Assembly (NCBI GenBank): GCA_034780895.1
Contig: JAUZTB010000064.1
Coordinates: forward strand, 81,699,779-81,763,778
Origin: Rhynchobatus australiae
Taxonomy: Eukaryota
Reading direction: 5' to 3'
DNA: 64,000 nucleotides
Position 1 is the stretch's first letter. Each line of letters begins with the position of its first letter. Positions 25,501-38,835 of this stretch are shown here, one piece after another. Position numbers and translations under genes: made by a program. The notes under the pieces were generated by a model. That model had not been told where the DNA came from. It saw only the letters and a list, made by a program, of their open reading frames with translations, and did not search any database.

Positions 25501-26224
25501 ATGCTTGTAGAGGTACGGAAACTCTGTTGAAGAGATGTTTTTTTTGTTGTTCCTTGCTATAAGCAGCTGGTTTGGCCAAGAGATTTTTTTTTGCTGAATC
25601 TCTCTATAGTGAGTTCTGCAGATCTCATAGAAGGGTTTGGCATCGATGCATTTTTTTTTTAAACGCAGCATTTAGATTAATCAGAAAGGGAGAAGCTAAA
25701 CACTGCTCCAGGTCCTTGAAACAGTTGTGATGGTGCTTGGAATTGTCCCTACAATGTAAAGTGGGCCCAATGCCACAGTACTGGATACTCCAGTATGAAA
25801 CATTTCAATGTAATTTTGTAATTAAAAAGGGGCACAAATGACACCACATCATTGAGAACTATGCCGAGCAGTTGATAATAGTAAATGGCATTTGAAGGAT
25901 GTAACAACTTGGTGGTTGTGTGAGGATACACCTTCCAAGCCTGTATTTGGCAATCATTGTATAATCTTTATAATACAGAGCAAGTGAAAATGGTCCAAAT
26001 TCAACCCAACAATTTTTTTTTAATCCCACTACAGTGTGGCAGAAATTTTGCATATTAGAAGGGAAAATATAATAGTTTTGGAAAATTTACTCTTAAATTT
26101 CTACCAATTAGAAATGAAGGGGCAATAAATGCAATGCAGCCAATATATATTTACCCTTTTCTCTTGAAGGTTCTTTCTTTCTTTCTGTAAGGACCTTACT
26201 GCTGAGATTTACAGAATATTTATC

Positions 26225-26600
26225 TGCAGTGAGGGCAGTTATTGGATTTAGATTGTGACAAATTTAGAAAGGGTAAATAGAACAAAACCGTTCCCACATG
26301 GGGAGGAGCGGGGTCACAAGGACTCGGGACACCAAAAGATGGAGGGGTGATGTGAGAGAGAACCTGTTTTTCCCCTACGTAGTGAGCTGGTATAATCTGA
26401 AATAACACTGAAAGTGTGGTGGATGAAACTTGAGTTGGTGGCTTTCAAAAGGGGAACAGACCAATATTTGAAGGACGTTAAAGAATTGCAGGGCTATGGG
26501 GAGAGAGCAGAGGAATAGAAGTGACTGTGCTGTTTTACAAAGAACTGGCACAGACTCAATAGGCCAAAAGGCCTCCTGTCGTGCTGCAACGATTCCGTGT
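26225..26600 (+). mobile_element. Old CR1 3' fragment
   Basis: Degenerate ORF2 end and 3' UTR (GGCACAGACTCAATAGGCCAAAAGGCCTCCT). Confidence 0.6.
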
Positions 26601-26693
26601 CCCTTGGCTGGGCAGGATCGAGGGGTTGAATTCATATATTCAATTCCTGGGCCAGGTTTTGCTTTTACTGATACAGCTCTGAAATTCCAGCAC

Positions 26694-26850
26694 CTTTTTC
26701 TCGTTGATGTCTGATGCTTCCTCCTCCTCTTCTTCAGCATCATTTCCCTGCATGTCCCTTATTTTATTCATCAGCTCAGCTTTGAGGGCCGAGGTGCTGT
26801 AGTAGGTGGGACAATGCGTTGAGACTGCTCCTGTCTCTTTCTCCTCTTTC
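26694..26850 (-). CDS. shroom3: SHROOM3 coding exon (157 bp; CPTYYSTSALKAELMNKIRDM...DINEKK)
   Basis: Hand translation (this frame is absent from the ORF track) gives the Shroom YYS.SA.KAEL motif. Acceptor tccttcttAG at 26852-26851; donor AAG|GTGCTG at 26693; phase 2 to 0. Confidence 0.92.
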
Positions 26851-28595
26851 CTAAGAAGGAAACTTAGTTGTTACATATGAACACAAAAGTTTTCAAAAGA
26901 ATAAAACAAAGGTTGCAGTTTAATTAGAAACCGCTTAAACAGACATTTTTGACAAAATAAAACATTAGATCCAGACAATGGAAGAACAACTTTTTTTCCC
27001 CCCAAATAATGCTCCTCCTGTTCACCTACTCTTTGATAAAGGACTGATTTGTTCCAAGGTATAGGTTCTCTGTTAACTGGCAACTTTACTCAGCACAAAA
27101 AGAGTTCGCAAAGACACAATGGGCCAAAAGGTCACTTGCATGCTGTTATGTTTTTTGATTCTACGTGGTCTGGATCTGAATGCAGATGGTTATTGTTGTT
27201 TGCCATTGGAGTTTTGTCTCGATATGATTCTGCCACAGACACGAGTACCTCTCAGCGGGTAACGTGGAAGGCGATGAGAACAAGTATGCACCTTGACTTA
27301 TTTTCCCTCTAAATTGGAGGCATCACGGTCAACTAAATCACACACTGGGAAACAATCCTCTCAGCTCTGTATGGATCAGCCTCTTGTTGAGGCAATTACT
27401 GATTCTATGTTTAATAATTTAGTTTTATGCTCTTATATTTATGAATTTAAAAAATGGTAACGATGATGGCTTTGTAGAAATATTATGCAAGAAATTTTGG
27501 ATGAAAATCAGAAGTACCACTTCTATTAATTTTACTTGTACTTGCAGATTGTTATTAGGAGAGTGAGCAAACTGCACTTTGTTTTAGTGATGCAGCTTCA
27601 GGAGCTAATATATTTTCTCTCCTTCAGCAGCCAGTTCTTCCTCATCATTAATGTGATGGGCACCCATTTGGGTAATTCTTTTTGTGAGACAGGCTGCCAG
27701 CCTGGATCCTATTGGCCCCAAAACCCCAACAGATATTGGTGAACAAACAAGTCACAATGCAAACTAACAGCTGGGGAGAAGTGTAGGAAGGTGGGAATTT
27801 TAAGAGTGATTGTTAAAGGTAGTATAATTTGGCACAGCTCATTAGTTCGGCACAGCTTTGTGGGTTGTAGGGCCTGAATTGTGCTGTACTTTTTGTATGT
27901 TTTTCTCTATGTTCTAACAATAATTATGGCTTAACATATCATTAAAAACTCAGTTGCACCTAGGGCAAGAGGATGTAATACTTTCAATGTTAAGAATTGC
28001 CTTGGTGAACATTACATGCATCCTTGTCAAAGAAAAGAGTTCATCAGTTACTACATCTTCTGGATCCCAGTGATTACTTCCACACATACATGAAGAAGCT
28101 GCTGTCAGTTTCAAAGTAATGACAATGTAGGTTCATGGTTATTATAAATTCACGTTTGGGGTCAATACATAGAGGATAAGTGGGGCACGAGTGCAAACAT
28201 TCATGGCAGCCATGTCCCTGCGGCCAGAGCTAACGCAATACCTGTTGCAAATATATTTAATTTTTAGGCATGTTTAGTGTCTCCAATGTAGCCAAATTCA
28301 AACAAGTTTACTGGTTAAATCAGATACTGCTCAGAGGTAATGATAATATTGTGAGTGACCTGAACAATAGGAAACCCACAATGTTGTCATTAGTAACAGG
28401 GAACTTTGGCCTCTCTGTTTATACTGTGTTGGGAATGGGCAATGCCTTTGCTAGCATTCCTTGTTTCCATTCACAGGAGAGGGAGAATGCAATATTTAGT
28501 CTGTGTATGGTTAAATAACATTGACTCAAATATATCGCAAACATTTAGTAGCTACAGTCATTAGATTCCACACTTTAAAAAGCTTTGCGACTTAC

Positions 28596-29090
28596 TTATC
28601 CTCCTCAGATACAGATTTGCTGGCCATCTTTTGTAACCTTGGCCTTCGGTGTTGTGCCTCCTGTCTCACCGTGCTGCCCCTGGGGAAAATGCCCTCCATC
28701 AAGTCCATGGTTGTCTTCATATTTGAGTCTGGGTCTAAAATCTCTGCCAAAGACTTGTCTTTGCCGATGATCTGCTTGGCAAGTTCTTCTGACTTGAGGT
28801 CCTCGGGTGACTTCTTGTTCACTTCCAGCGGCACTGAAGCATATTTGCAGTCTGAGCGTTCCTGGCTTGTGGCTGTGTTTTGCGTTTGAACACATGAGGT
28901 GTCCCAGCTCTGACTTTGGTGATGCTCAGTTTGGGATGAGTGGGCTTTTTCCCGGGCTGTAAGAGTGGTCAATGCAGTAACACTGCTGTTGCGTTGAGCA
29001 GAGCAGCTGCAGTGTGGGATCGCTTGGAGATTTTTATCTGTGCCATTCGTTACAGGCACCTTGCCCTTGGTGGAATCATTTTCTGAAAAC
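28596..29090 (-). CDS. shroom3: SHROOM3 coding exon (495 bp), start of ASD2 region
   Basis: KSPEDLKSEELAKQIIGKDKSLAEILDPDSNMKTTMDLMEGIFP is a conserved Shroom motif. Acceptor attttatAG at 29092-29091; donor AA|GTAAGT at 28595. Confidence 0.94.
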
Positions 29091-31920
29091 CTATAAAATG
29101 TATAAAAATAGATTAAAAGAATACGTACTCCACATTCCAAATAAATTAGTGCAGCAGCTAGGAGGTATTACTATTGTGAAAATTCAGTAAACCGAATTGG
29201 ATATGTTTGACATCAATGAGTAAAAGATAAAGAAATAACAGAACCAATACTTATTTAATATGCTTAATTTCTCATTGCCTATTCAGAAATCATTCAGTTT
29301 GTCATTTTCCCCAAAGGCCTGACACTTCAGATGCTGTGTTGCAAGATATTACATTCAATTTAATAGTGCAAACTGAATGATTGATGTATTTTAGAATTAT
29401 TAAAACAATGTGTTCTATAAATAAGATGGCAAGTAATTTAGAAGCTGCATTTGTTTATCGTAACACATGTCAGAGAAATATCTCCACCCGTCTCACATAC
29501 ATTTAACTACTTTGGAGTACATTGAATATTGTTATGGTGAATAAATTGGAATTGCATACTGTAGTATTATAATTCCAGTGAAAGTTCTGTAAAATTGCTC
29601 AGTCTAAGTGGTTTCTGCTCAATCTCAGAGCTAGAGTTGTATAACCCTTTGTATTTTTATTCAAATAATTTTTGCCACATTCCCCTGCCTCCACTCTAAA
29701 CTCAGTAAGATCACAATGTTGATGGTATTAACAGACAGTATATTTCTGCTTATGTTACTACAGTTTAACTCCGAGTAATACATATAGCACCACCGTGAAC
29801 CCTCAAATCAGTAGATGTTTGCTGTATTTTATTTAGAATGGAAGGTGATGGTGGAATAGGCACATCTGTAGTGTTCCATAACTTCATACATAGATCAATA
29901 AACAATGGTACCATTTGCAATACTGGATCTAAACCAATCCATAAATAATTAAGTTAAAGATTTAAAAGAAAATAATTCTTTATGTTACAAACTTGCAACA
30001 ACCGGCATTGTGTATGAATTATTAGGCAAAATAACCTGTGCTTACTAAAATATATAAAAGTTTTCAATGTCCCAGAATAGAAATTCATCATTAGTCACTT
30101 CCAAAGCAACTGAAGATGCATTCTGTACTCTGCTTCTGAACTTAGATTCCACTGAGATGAAAATAAGGATAGAATTCTATACCAAGGGTTTATAATATGG
30201 GTTTCTTCTTGCCTATCTTTCTTCCAAAGAATTATTCCATACCTTACCCAGGTTTTAAACAAGGGTGAAATTGATTGATTTTAAATGATCAGATATATTC
30301 CTCCATCACGCAATTCTTCAGGGGGATACATAACCTTCCCATAATTTGACGATGTAATTTATTAACAAAGGCAGCATTCCCCTTTCTCTTCTGTGTGGAT
30401 TTCAGCTGCTTCCCATCAGAGAACTTACAGCCACAGGTGTTGGTGTCTGTGCTCCAATTCTGCTTCACTTAACCCTCAGTGCCAATGCAGATATGCACCT
30501 GGCAACCTGTTTTCACCCTTTCCCAAAGCTGCTATCAAATGTCTGGAAGCATATAAAAAATGTGGGTAATTATGTCTCAACTTCAGCCTTGAGTGGAATG
30601 CTCCAAAATCACAAGCAGAATATTGGAAGGGGCTACGTGGATGAAACAGTGAGCCATCAATCTGCAAAGCTGTTTGTCTAGTGCTCCATCAGACCACACC
30701 AATCACATTGATAATTTTCATTCATTGCTATTTTTATCTGTTTTCTGGATCCTTTTGTTGAACTATGAGTTGAGGCAGCCCCTATTTCCAGCTGTGAAAC
30801 ACAATTGGTTGCAATTCCGTTGCTGAGCATGAGGTGGCACCAAATCTCCATNNNNNNNNNNNNNNNNNNNNNCAGACCTGACAGCTGCTGACCAACAACG
30901 ACGCCAATGTCAACAGCAACGTCGTTCTCAAAGGCCTGCCGATTTTGTTTTAGCTGTGGCAGGATTAGGGCACTAATTATTGTAGGGAATATTTATACAT
31001 TTGGGTTTTAAACATGTACAGTTCCATCAAAAGTATGAAGAAACTGAATTATTTTCTTAAGGGCAGAGATATTTTAAATGTCCGCACCATACCACACCTA
31101 TCCTTGGGTGAATGTTGTGTGACCCTCGTGGGAAGGTAGAACAGCTGATCTGAACCTGCTCTCACTGCTTCTATAGGCATTGATGCTGCACTTCAACCAG
31201 GTACAAATTGCACTCATCATAATTGGGTTTAAATAACTTACTCCCCGCACATTGCATTGTTGAATCATGGCTCTATATATTCTGTGTCATTAAGTGTCAG
31301 ATGTAAGTGTATGAACCCTAAACGAATACCCAGTATTGCTGGGCATATAAATGAAATGAAAGTTGAGGTAATGAATCCAGGAACAGACATCCCTGCTTCC
31401 TTCACCTCATTCCCAGCAGACCAATGGCAACCAGGTTCCCATTCCAGCTCTCAGTGTCAAAGACACAGTCACCCACCTCCCCCCCACTTTGAAAATATTC
31501 ACGACTTCATCTCCTCCCGGACCAGTGCCCACCCCTGCCCAAGCTCTCCTTTCCTCATTGCCACCTGGCTGGTCTGTGAAGGCCTCTCATGAAATGCCCT
31601 TCTTCATGTACTGACATTTCCTGCCTTCCCTCAATACTGAGGCAGCCCCAAGCAAAGTCATAAATAAGCCTTCCCTTGTGCCTGTGCCCAGGGAGTATGA
31701 TCTCTCTTTGTGCCCGGTGTTGGACTTTAACGTTGCTGACCAAACTGTTGCTTTACTGGGGCTGCTCTTGCTTGGCTCCACGTCTCACTGTTCAAAGGTA
31801 ATTGGGGCTGGCAAAGGTTTTCTACTACCCCCAGTTTCTTCCCAGGACCTTCCATCCTTAACTCCTTCCTCCTCATTTAAATAGAAACATGTTCCATACG
31901 GATGGAGCACCAACCTGATA

Positions 31921-32456
31921 CAAGTAGTTGTGCTATAACACGTGCTTCTGTAATGTGAACTGGATATAAAGCAACTGATGAATTAAGGAATACTATTGGT
32001 ATTATGCGGGCCAAACTGGCTACTAAAATGATTTCAAATGGGAACTAGAGAACCACTTAAGAATTACTTTGGAAATTGACGAGCAGAAAAAAATGGTCTA
32101 CATGTAACCTTCCTGCAGTAACCAGATGCTGCTGTCTCTTAAGAACACAGGCTGCCAGTTTCACCGCGGGAGGCCATTGGAAATTAACAAGGAATTGTTT
32201 CTAATGATACTTGTGTAACTGTACGCCATTAAACAACGCAACATACAGCCTCCACATGTTTAGCTTGTAGCAACAAAGTAAACATAGCTATTAAAAACAC
32301 CTTTATTTTTGAAAATCCTGTGGGAAAAGTAACTTTGTTATTGCAAGTCTGAAACTCTCTAGCCCTTTTTCCCATTGACACAATTGTTTTTATAATGGGA
32401 TTTTGTATAACGCATGGATTCTTAACACAATTATTGTGATACAGCAGAACTACCTG
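31921..32456. mobile_element. Tc1/mariner-superfamily (Tigger-like) MITE
   Basis: TA flanks at 31919-31920 and 32457-32458. Left terminus CAAGTAGTTGTGCTATAACAC versus reverse-complemented right terminus CAGGTAGTTCTGCTGTATCAC, 17/21 identical. No transposase ORF. Confidence 0.75.
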
Positions 32457-33092
32457 TATCAAGTGCTGCAATTATGTAAATGTCATCTTTCTGATGAGCC
32501 ACTAACCAACCATTCAGGTGGAGCTTAAGCTTCAGAAAACAAAGATCATTCCCAAAATCCTTGAACTCCAGCCTTCTGTAGTTTAATTGCTATACTCAAA
32601 AAAATGTCCTACCATTTGTAAATTTTGGTTAACTCATTTTGACAAGCAGTGCACACATACATTTAGCTGATTAATTCTGATGCATTCTTTCTTAACTATG
32701 GCTTGTTTTAAATTGTGATGGCAAGTAATATGGTTACCATTAGTAATCTGGCTACCATTGCAAGTATCAGCTACAAATCTAAACATCAATGCAAATTCCT
32801 TTCTTCTTGGATCCTGTGCTTCTCAACCAGTGCACAATGTCCAGAGCTGGGAATGCTAGCTGCAATTTGCATCATTCTCATTGGGGAAAAAAAGGTACCC
32901 ACAACCCATTAATTACAACACTGTGACCCTTTTAAGTTATTTCTACTGAACAAAATAACATCTAAAGTAATGCAGGCTCAAATATAAATGGGGTGTTGTT
33001 AATTGGATACTTGAGAGGGAAAGTGTTTGTTAAGAATTTGTCAGACCCTGATCAGTGTTCTTAAAAAGCCTGTGGTAGTTAAGCATAGTTAC

Positions 33093-33932
33093 CTGGTCAC
33101 AGCTTGCTCATCACTCCTGTTAAATAATTCCTCTGTTCTCTGATNNNNNNNNNNNNNNNNNNNNNNNNNNNNNNNNNNNNNNNNNNNNNNNNNNNNNNNN
33201 NNNNNNNNNNNNNNNNNNNNNNNNNNNNNNNNNGGTGGGGGTGGAAGTGGCTGTAAGCCTCCAGCAAGGGCCTGAGAGTCCAGATCTTGGATAAACACAT
33301 CGTCCTCATCTGTAAACGATGAGAGTGACCGGAAGCGTGACTCTGACAGAGAAGAGAGTGAGGGCAAGCTGGACTGAGGGGAAGACGGCCGAACAGGCAG
33401 TAGCTCAGGCTCCCAAGTGATGTCACTTCCTACAAGGTAACACTGGTCCCTTTCAGGCTGGTGGTGATTTGACCCAGCAATCGGAGGAAATGGGCCCCTT
33501 TTAGCAGAGTCATCATTTACTGAATTGATCCACTTCAGTTTAGGAGCTGGAGGTCTCTGTGGTGGGATTGGTCTTTTCTTCAACGCAATTGGAGTCCCAG
33601 TTTCTTCTGGAAGGTAGTTTTTATAAGCATCTTGTCCTGTGGCTGTAGGTTTGCTGTTCTTGTTTTCCTGACCACTGGGGATGGATTTGCTGTAGTGTTC
33701 TGAAGCTGCTCTGTCCTGTGCTGGCGTCTCCGATGCAGACCAATAGTTGAATTGCCCCGTGTTTGACAGCTGCCTGATGCAGGAGGTGCTGCTGGGCCTG
33801 TAACCCTCCAGTGATTTGTGCTTCTCATTTCGAATGGGCAATTTGTTCACAGCAAGGGGATTCAATTCATTCTCGTAACTGGTTGACAGAGGTGGTCCCA
33901 TGAGTCTGCTTCTGCCATCGTTGTTAAAAGAC
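33093..33932 (-). CDS. shroom3: SHROOM3 proline-rich coding exon (nominal 840 bp including an 89-N gap)
   Basis: ORF 33089..33901 extended upstream to acceptor catttaaAG at 33934-33933. Motifs KKRPIPPQRPPAPKLKW, EDDVF and PLPPP; donor AG|GTAACT at 33092; phases 2/2 match the neighbouring exons. Confidence 0.88.
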
Positions 33933-36871
33933 CTTTAAATGTAAATGCAATTTAGTTAAATGCAGTTTCTGCAAGTTGAGATTTTATTGCCTTTCAAGCA
34001 AGTCATTTGCTTCCACCACATTGGTCCTGACTCTTTGCTGTCAAAATTGATAACTGATCTCATGCCTTGTACTCCATGACTTGAAATAACTACACCCTTT
34101 TGCTTCTTTAACCTGCTCTAGCAAGCCTCTGCATAAATGAATTTCTCTTAATCATCTTCTCATTCTCCTAAATATAATCTTAATTATTAACACTCTAGAG
34201 ATTCACCCTCTGTTGTCTACACTAAGAACATCTGTACATCGTTGTTGCTTATGAAAGTTGGTTAGTTACTTCAATGCACATTGAATGCATAAAATGGAGG
34301 ACAATTTTCTTTTGCATGGCCTCCCCAAGCAGAAGAACAGTAATTCTAGATTCAAGAAACCAAAGATCCTCCTTATTTTATCTCCCTACTTAAATTGTGT
34401 TCTGTTGGAAACAGCCCCGTAATCTCCAGCCTTTTTTAAAACTTTTCCCATGCCTGGCATCATCCTTGTGCACACATTCTATGCTGTAAAGTCCTTAATC
34501 CCATCTCTATAACATGTCCAAAACTGCACACAGCACGGAACTAGTTTAATCTCTTTGGTCTTGAACTCCAGTGCCCAGTGATTAAACCTATAAATGACCT
34601 TTGTTGTGGCTTTAACTATTTTTATCCTCCATTGAAGGAGTAATATGTTTACACTTTTAAGTCTCTATATTTCTTTCCACCCTCAAGAATATTTTTATTT
34701 TCTGTAAACACCTGATTTTCTTTTATTTGATTCTCATTAATTTAGATTTGCTACCGGCTCTTTCTTGTCCTGCTGAGTGCTCCTTGCACAGTAGTACAGG
34801 AAGCTCAGTGTGGAGCTTCCTACATTCATATCTTCATGGACACCGGAAGTAATGTGGACTCCAAACACCCACCCTGAGGTACATAACTTCTATTCAATTT
34901 GAGCTGTGTCACTCCAGGTACCTCAATATAAAACCCCAGATCAACTCTCCAGTGCAGTATAGAAGAACTGCATTGTTGCAAGTGTTACCATTCAAATGGA
35001 CTGTACAGACTGCCAATACTCACTGGCTGGGTTGCACATGAAAAATGAATGAGGAACCGAACAAAACTGGTCTGCATGAAACTATATTCCAGCCAGGATA
35101 ACTGCTTTAAGAGGGAGTAAAAGGGAGAGGAGGAATGGAAAAATAAATGGAAAGACAAGCTTTGCAATTTCAATTGNNNNNNNNNNNNNNNNNNNNNNNN
35201 NNNNNNNNNNNNNNNNNNNNNNNNNNNNNNNNNNNNNNNNNNNNNNNNNNNNNNNNNNNNNNNNNNNNNNNNNNNNTGCAATTTCAATTGTTCTTTCCCA
35301 TACCAGTCTTGAGAGGCTGCCCGGACGAGCTGCCGGCTGCAGTCAGAGCGCTGTGGCCTGGACACTTGCTGTACTCTTGAACCGGGTGCCAGTGGAGCCC
35401 TGCGAACCAAGCAACACAATGTTCATCCCTGGATTACTTCAAATTGCTTTGCTTATTGTCTGCTCTAGAGAGCCCTGCAGGATTGTTTGGAAAGAGCACC
35501 CTGAGGCTCTCCTCTGCATGAGAGGCTCAGTGCTCCATTGTCAGAAGACATATTTTAATCAAAAGGATATTAAAGCAGGAGCAATGGGGCAGAGGGGAAA
35601 TCTACACTGACCTCCAGGTAAATGGAATGTATCTCCTGCAAAGCTAATGGAAAAGAGCTTTGCAGTCTGTGAGGTGGACTGAATCATGCTGGTCCTGCTT
35701 CATTAAAATGACTTATTTATTGCCTGTCTGCTGTGAGCAAACCTATTTACTGCCAGTGGGCAGAACAGTGAGAGGAAGAACCACAAGTTAAAAGAGTTTA
35801 CAGTCTTAAGAGGGCACTGGCTTTGTAAACAAGCATGCCGTGCAATGCCCTCTGCTTCTCAACTGCTTGCTGGTCCCTTTATGCAGGTTCACAGATGGGG
35901 ACTGCAGTCTGGGTGAGTGGCCAGAGGAACCTAGTACTCTTAAAACCAACTCATTCTTCCCAAGAACAGGAACAACACATGACAATGCGCTCATCTGAAA
36001 ATCTCATCATGCGGCTGGCTGTCAAATTCCTTTTGTTCATTGTGCCTTTGAAGCTTCCTGTGACACTGTACTACTTGAAAGTGAGTGCAATAAACATGTG
36101 TGTGTGAGGGAGAGGGAGAGGGAGAGACAAACGCTTAAAAATTTGAAAAGGAAGAGAATGATCTCTAATTAGCGTCAAGCCAGTCATTTGGCATTGTGAA
36201 GAAGCAAACAGGATGTGCTCATAACTCTCACCAGTCAATCTGAGCAGAGTGCAAATGCCTACACACAAGGGTGTGATTTGCTCCTCTAATCATAATACAG
36301 CACCATCCAACTAGACTGCAAATGCCTTCCTCCTCCTTCCTAATGCAATATCATTGCTATGGGCAACAGGCAGTTGCCTTTTGGATGTTTATTTTCAGGA
36401 TACGTTAAAAGGCGTCTGGACAATTACATGGATAGGGAATGTTTGGAGGGATATGGGCCATATGCAGACAAATGGGACGAGCTCAGCTAGGCAACTTGGT
36501 TGGCACAGATGTGTTGGGCCAAAGGGCCTGTTTCCATTCTGTATAGCTCTATCACTATGATATGATTTAAAGAACTGACTCCACTCTTTCTGCCTAGATG
36601 AGCTTCATCAGTACATTTATAAGGTGTGAAGGGACAAAATCCATTGCTTCTTATATTAAAATGTGTGAGCTTTCACTTACTGTTATAAAAATAGAATTTA
36701 TAGTCAGAACATAAGACATTGAGTAGATTAAACCAACAGCCCCCTTTAAAAGCAGGGGATGAGGGAATGGGCAGGGGAAGAGGGAAGCTTAGGAAAATTG
36801 ATGCAAGTGTTTCATTGCTGAGTGGGTTCCAATGAACCAACAATTTTACAATTTTCAAAGAGATTACAAAC

Positions 36872-36975
36872 CCATAAAAGTTGTTCATGCAATCAGTGCC
36901 CATCATTTTGGACGAAGAAGAAATTAGATCCTTTTCAGGAAAGCCTGAGGGTCTGTTCATAGCACACAGAACATC
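36872..36975 (-). CDS. shroom3: SHROOM3 short coding exon (104 bp; DVLCAMNRPSG...NNFYG)
   Basis: Strong acceptor tttctttcattccAG|GAT GTT CTG. It begins DVL like the orthologous short exon as I remember it. Donor GG|GTTTGT gives the phase 0 to phase 2 bridge needed between the flanking exons. The 3' boundary is the less certain one. Confidence 0.72.
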
Positions 36976-37739
36976 CTGGAATGAAAGAAAAGGGTAATTA
37001 CAATCCAGCATTTTAAAGATTATGTGGGATGTGGATGCAATAGAATCTTAAAATCTATGCAAAATAATGAGCTTAGAATATAGTACTGAACTATGCAGAT
37101 TGTTCAGAGATTTTCCTAAATCATCTTCCCTCCTTGAACCTCATAACAGAAAGAAGATTTTTGACTGCAGGAACTATTTAGTGGTGAACCTAATGTTTGT
37201 CAGCCAACAGCACACAGGTAGTCTTTCCACCAGGAGTTACTGGCAGCAGGAACTCCATCTGGCTGACCTATCATTCCAGGTACATGGACTACACTTGAGG
37301 TCAACCAACTCAGCTGACTTGGAGTTGAAGCTTAAATGTTCCTGGAACCTGTCTTATCTACTGAGCTATTGTTTACGCTAATCTTGCTGAAGTGAATATT
37401 GGTCACATTGGGTCAATGAAGATTTGGCAGCAATGGGTGGTGGAAAGAGGTTTGGCGGTGGGAATATTGTATGGATTTTAGCCAATCACTAACCAAACAC
37501 ACATTTACATTCTGTCATCTTAAAGAGAAGTCGACTATGGTCACTGCTTTCTGCATTCTTCCTGGCTTCAGTGACTGAGTATGTCCATCTTACCTGGATG
37601 CAATACCAACAAATAGATTTCAAGCCATCTAAACAAACTTACTCTGTTAGAGTGTCAGTGTTGCATTCAGTGGGTCAGATTTAACTTTCATTAGCAAGCA
37701 TGTTCAAAATTTTATGCTAGTAGAGGAAATTTTATACAC

Positions 37740-38835
37740 TCAGGTTCCTCTGTTCCTGCACACCTTTTAAAACTGCACTATCTGGTCAACATTGTCTCCT
37801 CATTCTTTCTACCAAAGTGCATCACTTTTCTGTGTTAATTAACACTGTCACTTGTCTGCCCACTTAACAGGCTTTCTTGTTCTGTTACCATCCTCCATAC
37901 TTCCAAACTTTCCATCAGTTGGAGTTTTGGAAATTTTGCTCTGAACACCCATGTCCAAGTCATTAATATGCATCAAAAATTGCAGCACAGACCACTAGCA
38001 AACACCATGATCTACCAAGCTCCAATCTGAACTGACTGCTTTTAAAAAAACATTCCTATCTGTGTTGCTGGTGACCCTTTACTCCCATGAACCTCAACTT
38101 TGCTAACCTGCCTTCTCCATGAGGCATTATTAAACATGCCCGAATGTTTTATGTTGGTGTCATCTACTGCATTCCCCATTACCTCACCAAATATACAATC
38201 AGATTTGCCTTTAACAAATCCTCTCCTTAATCAACTCAAAGTTCTCCAAGTGCCTGTTAATGTTTTCCCAGATTATTATTTCTGAAAGTTTCCCACAACT
38301 GAGGTGGAACTGCCTGGTCTACTGTTGCCTAGGGATATCCTTACACCATGTCTTAAACAAAGTTATTATTTTCCAGTTCACTGGCACTTCCCCTGCATTG
38401 AAATTCAGAATATTGCTTCAAAGATAATAACAAAATCAGGCAGGTGGATGCTTTACAGGATGATTTGAAAATCATGAAGTCATAGAGACACACAGCACAT
38501 TAAGAGACATTTCTGGTCCACCTCTTCCATAGCCATGTGATGTCTCTCCATGTTAAAGCCATCTGCCTACATTATCCTCTAAACCATTCCTATCCAAGTA
38601 CCTGTCCAAACACCTTTTAAATGTTGTAGTTGAATCTGCCTCCACCACCTCCTCTATCCTCTTGTTCCAGATATTCATCATTCTCTGTGTGAAAAACCCC
38701 TTGGCTCTCCTTTAATCTTCTCCTCTCTCACCTTAAACCTGTGCCCTCTAGTTCTGGGCACCACTGCTCTGTGAAAAAGCTTCAATCTATCCTGTCTATG
38801 CCCCTCATAATGTTATAAACCTCTATAAGGTCAAG
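37740..38835 (-). mobile_element. Decayed CR1 fragments
   Basis: Similar by eye to other minus-strand CR1 copies (CCAAGTCATTAATAT; CCTTAAACCTGTGCCCTCTAGTT; CTATGCCCCTCATAAT). Confidence 0.65.

Noticed and set aside
35419-35610. Small + strand ORF with a signal-peptide-like start (MFIPGLLQIALLIVCS)
   Set aside because: Short, no recognisable homology, and partly overlaps a SINE-like remnant.
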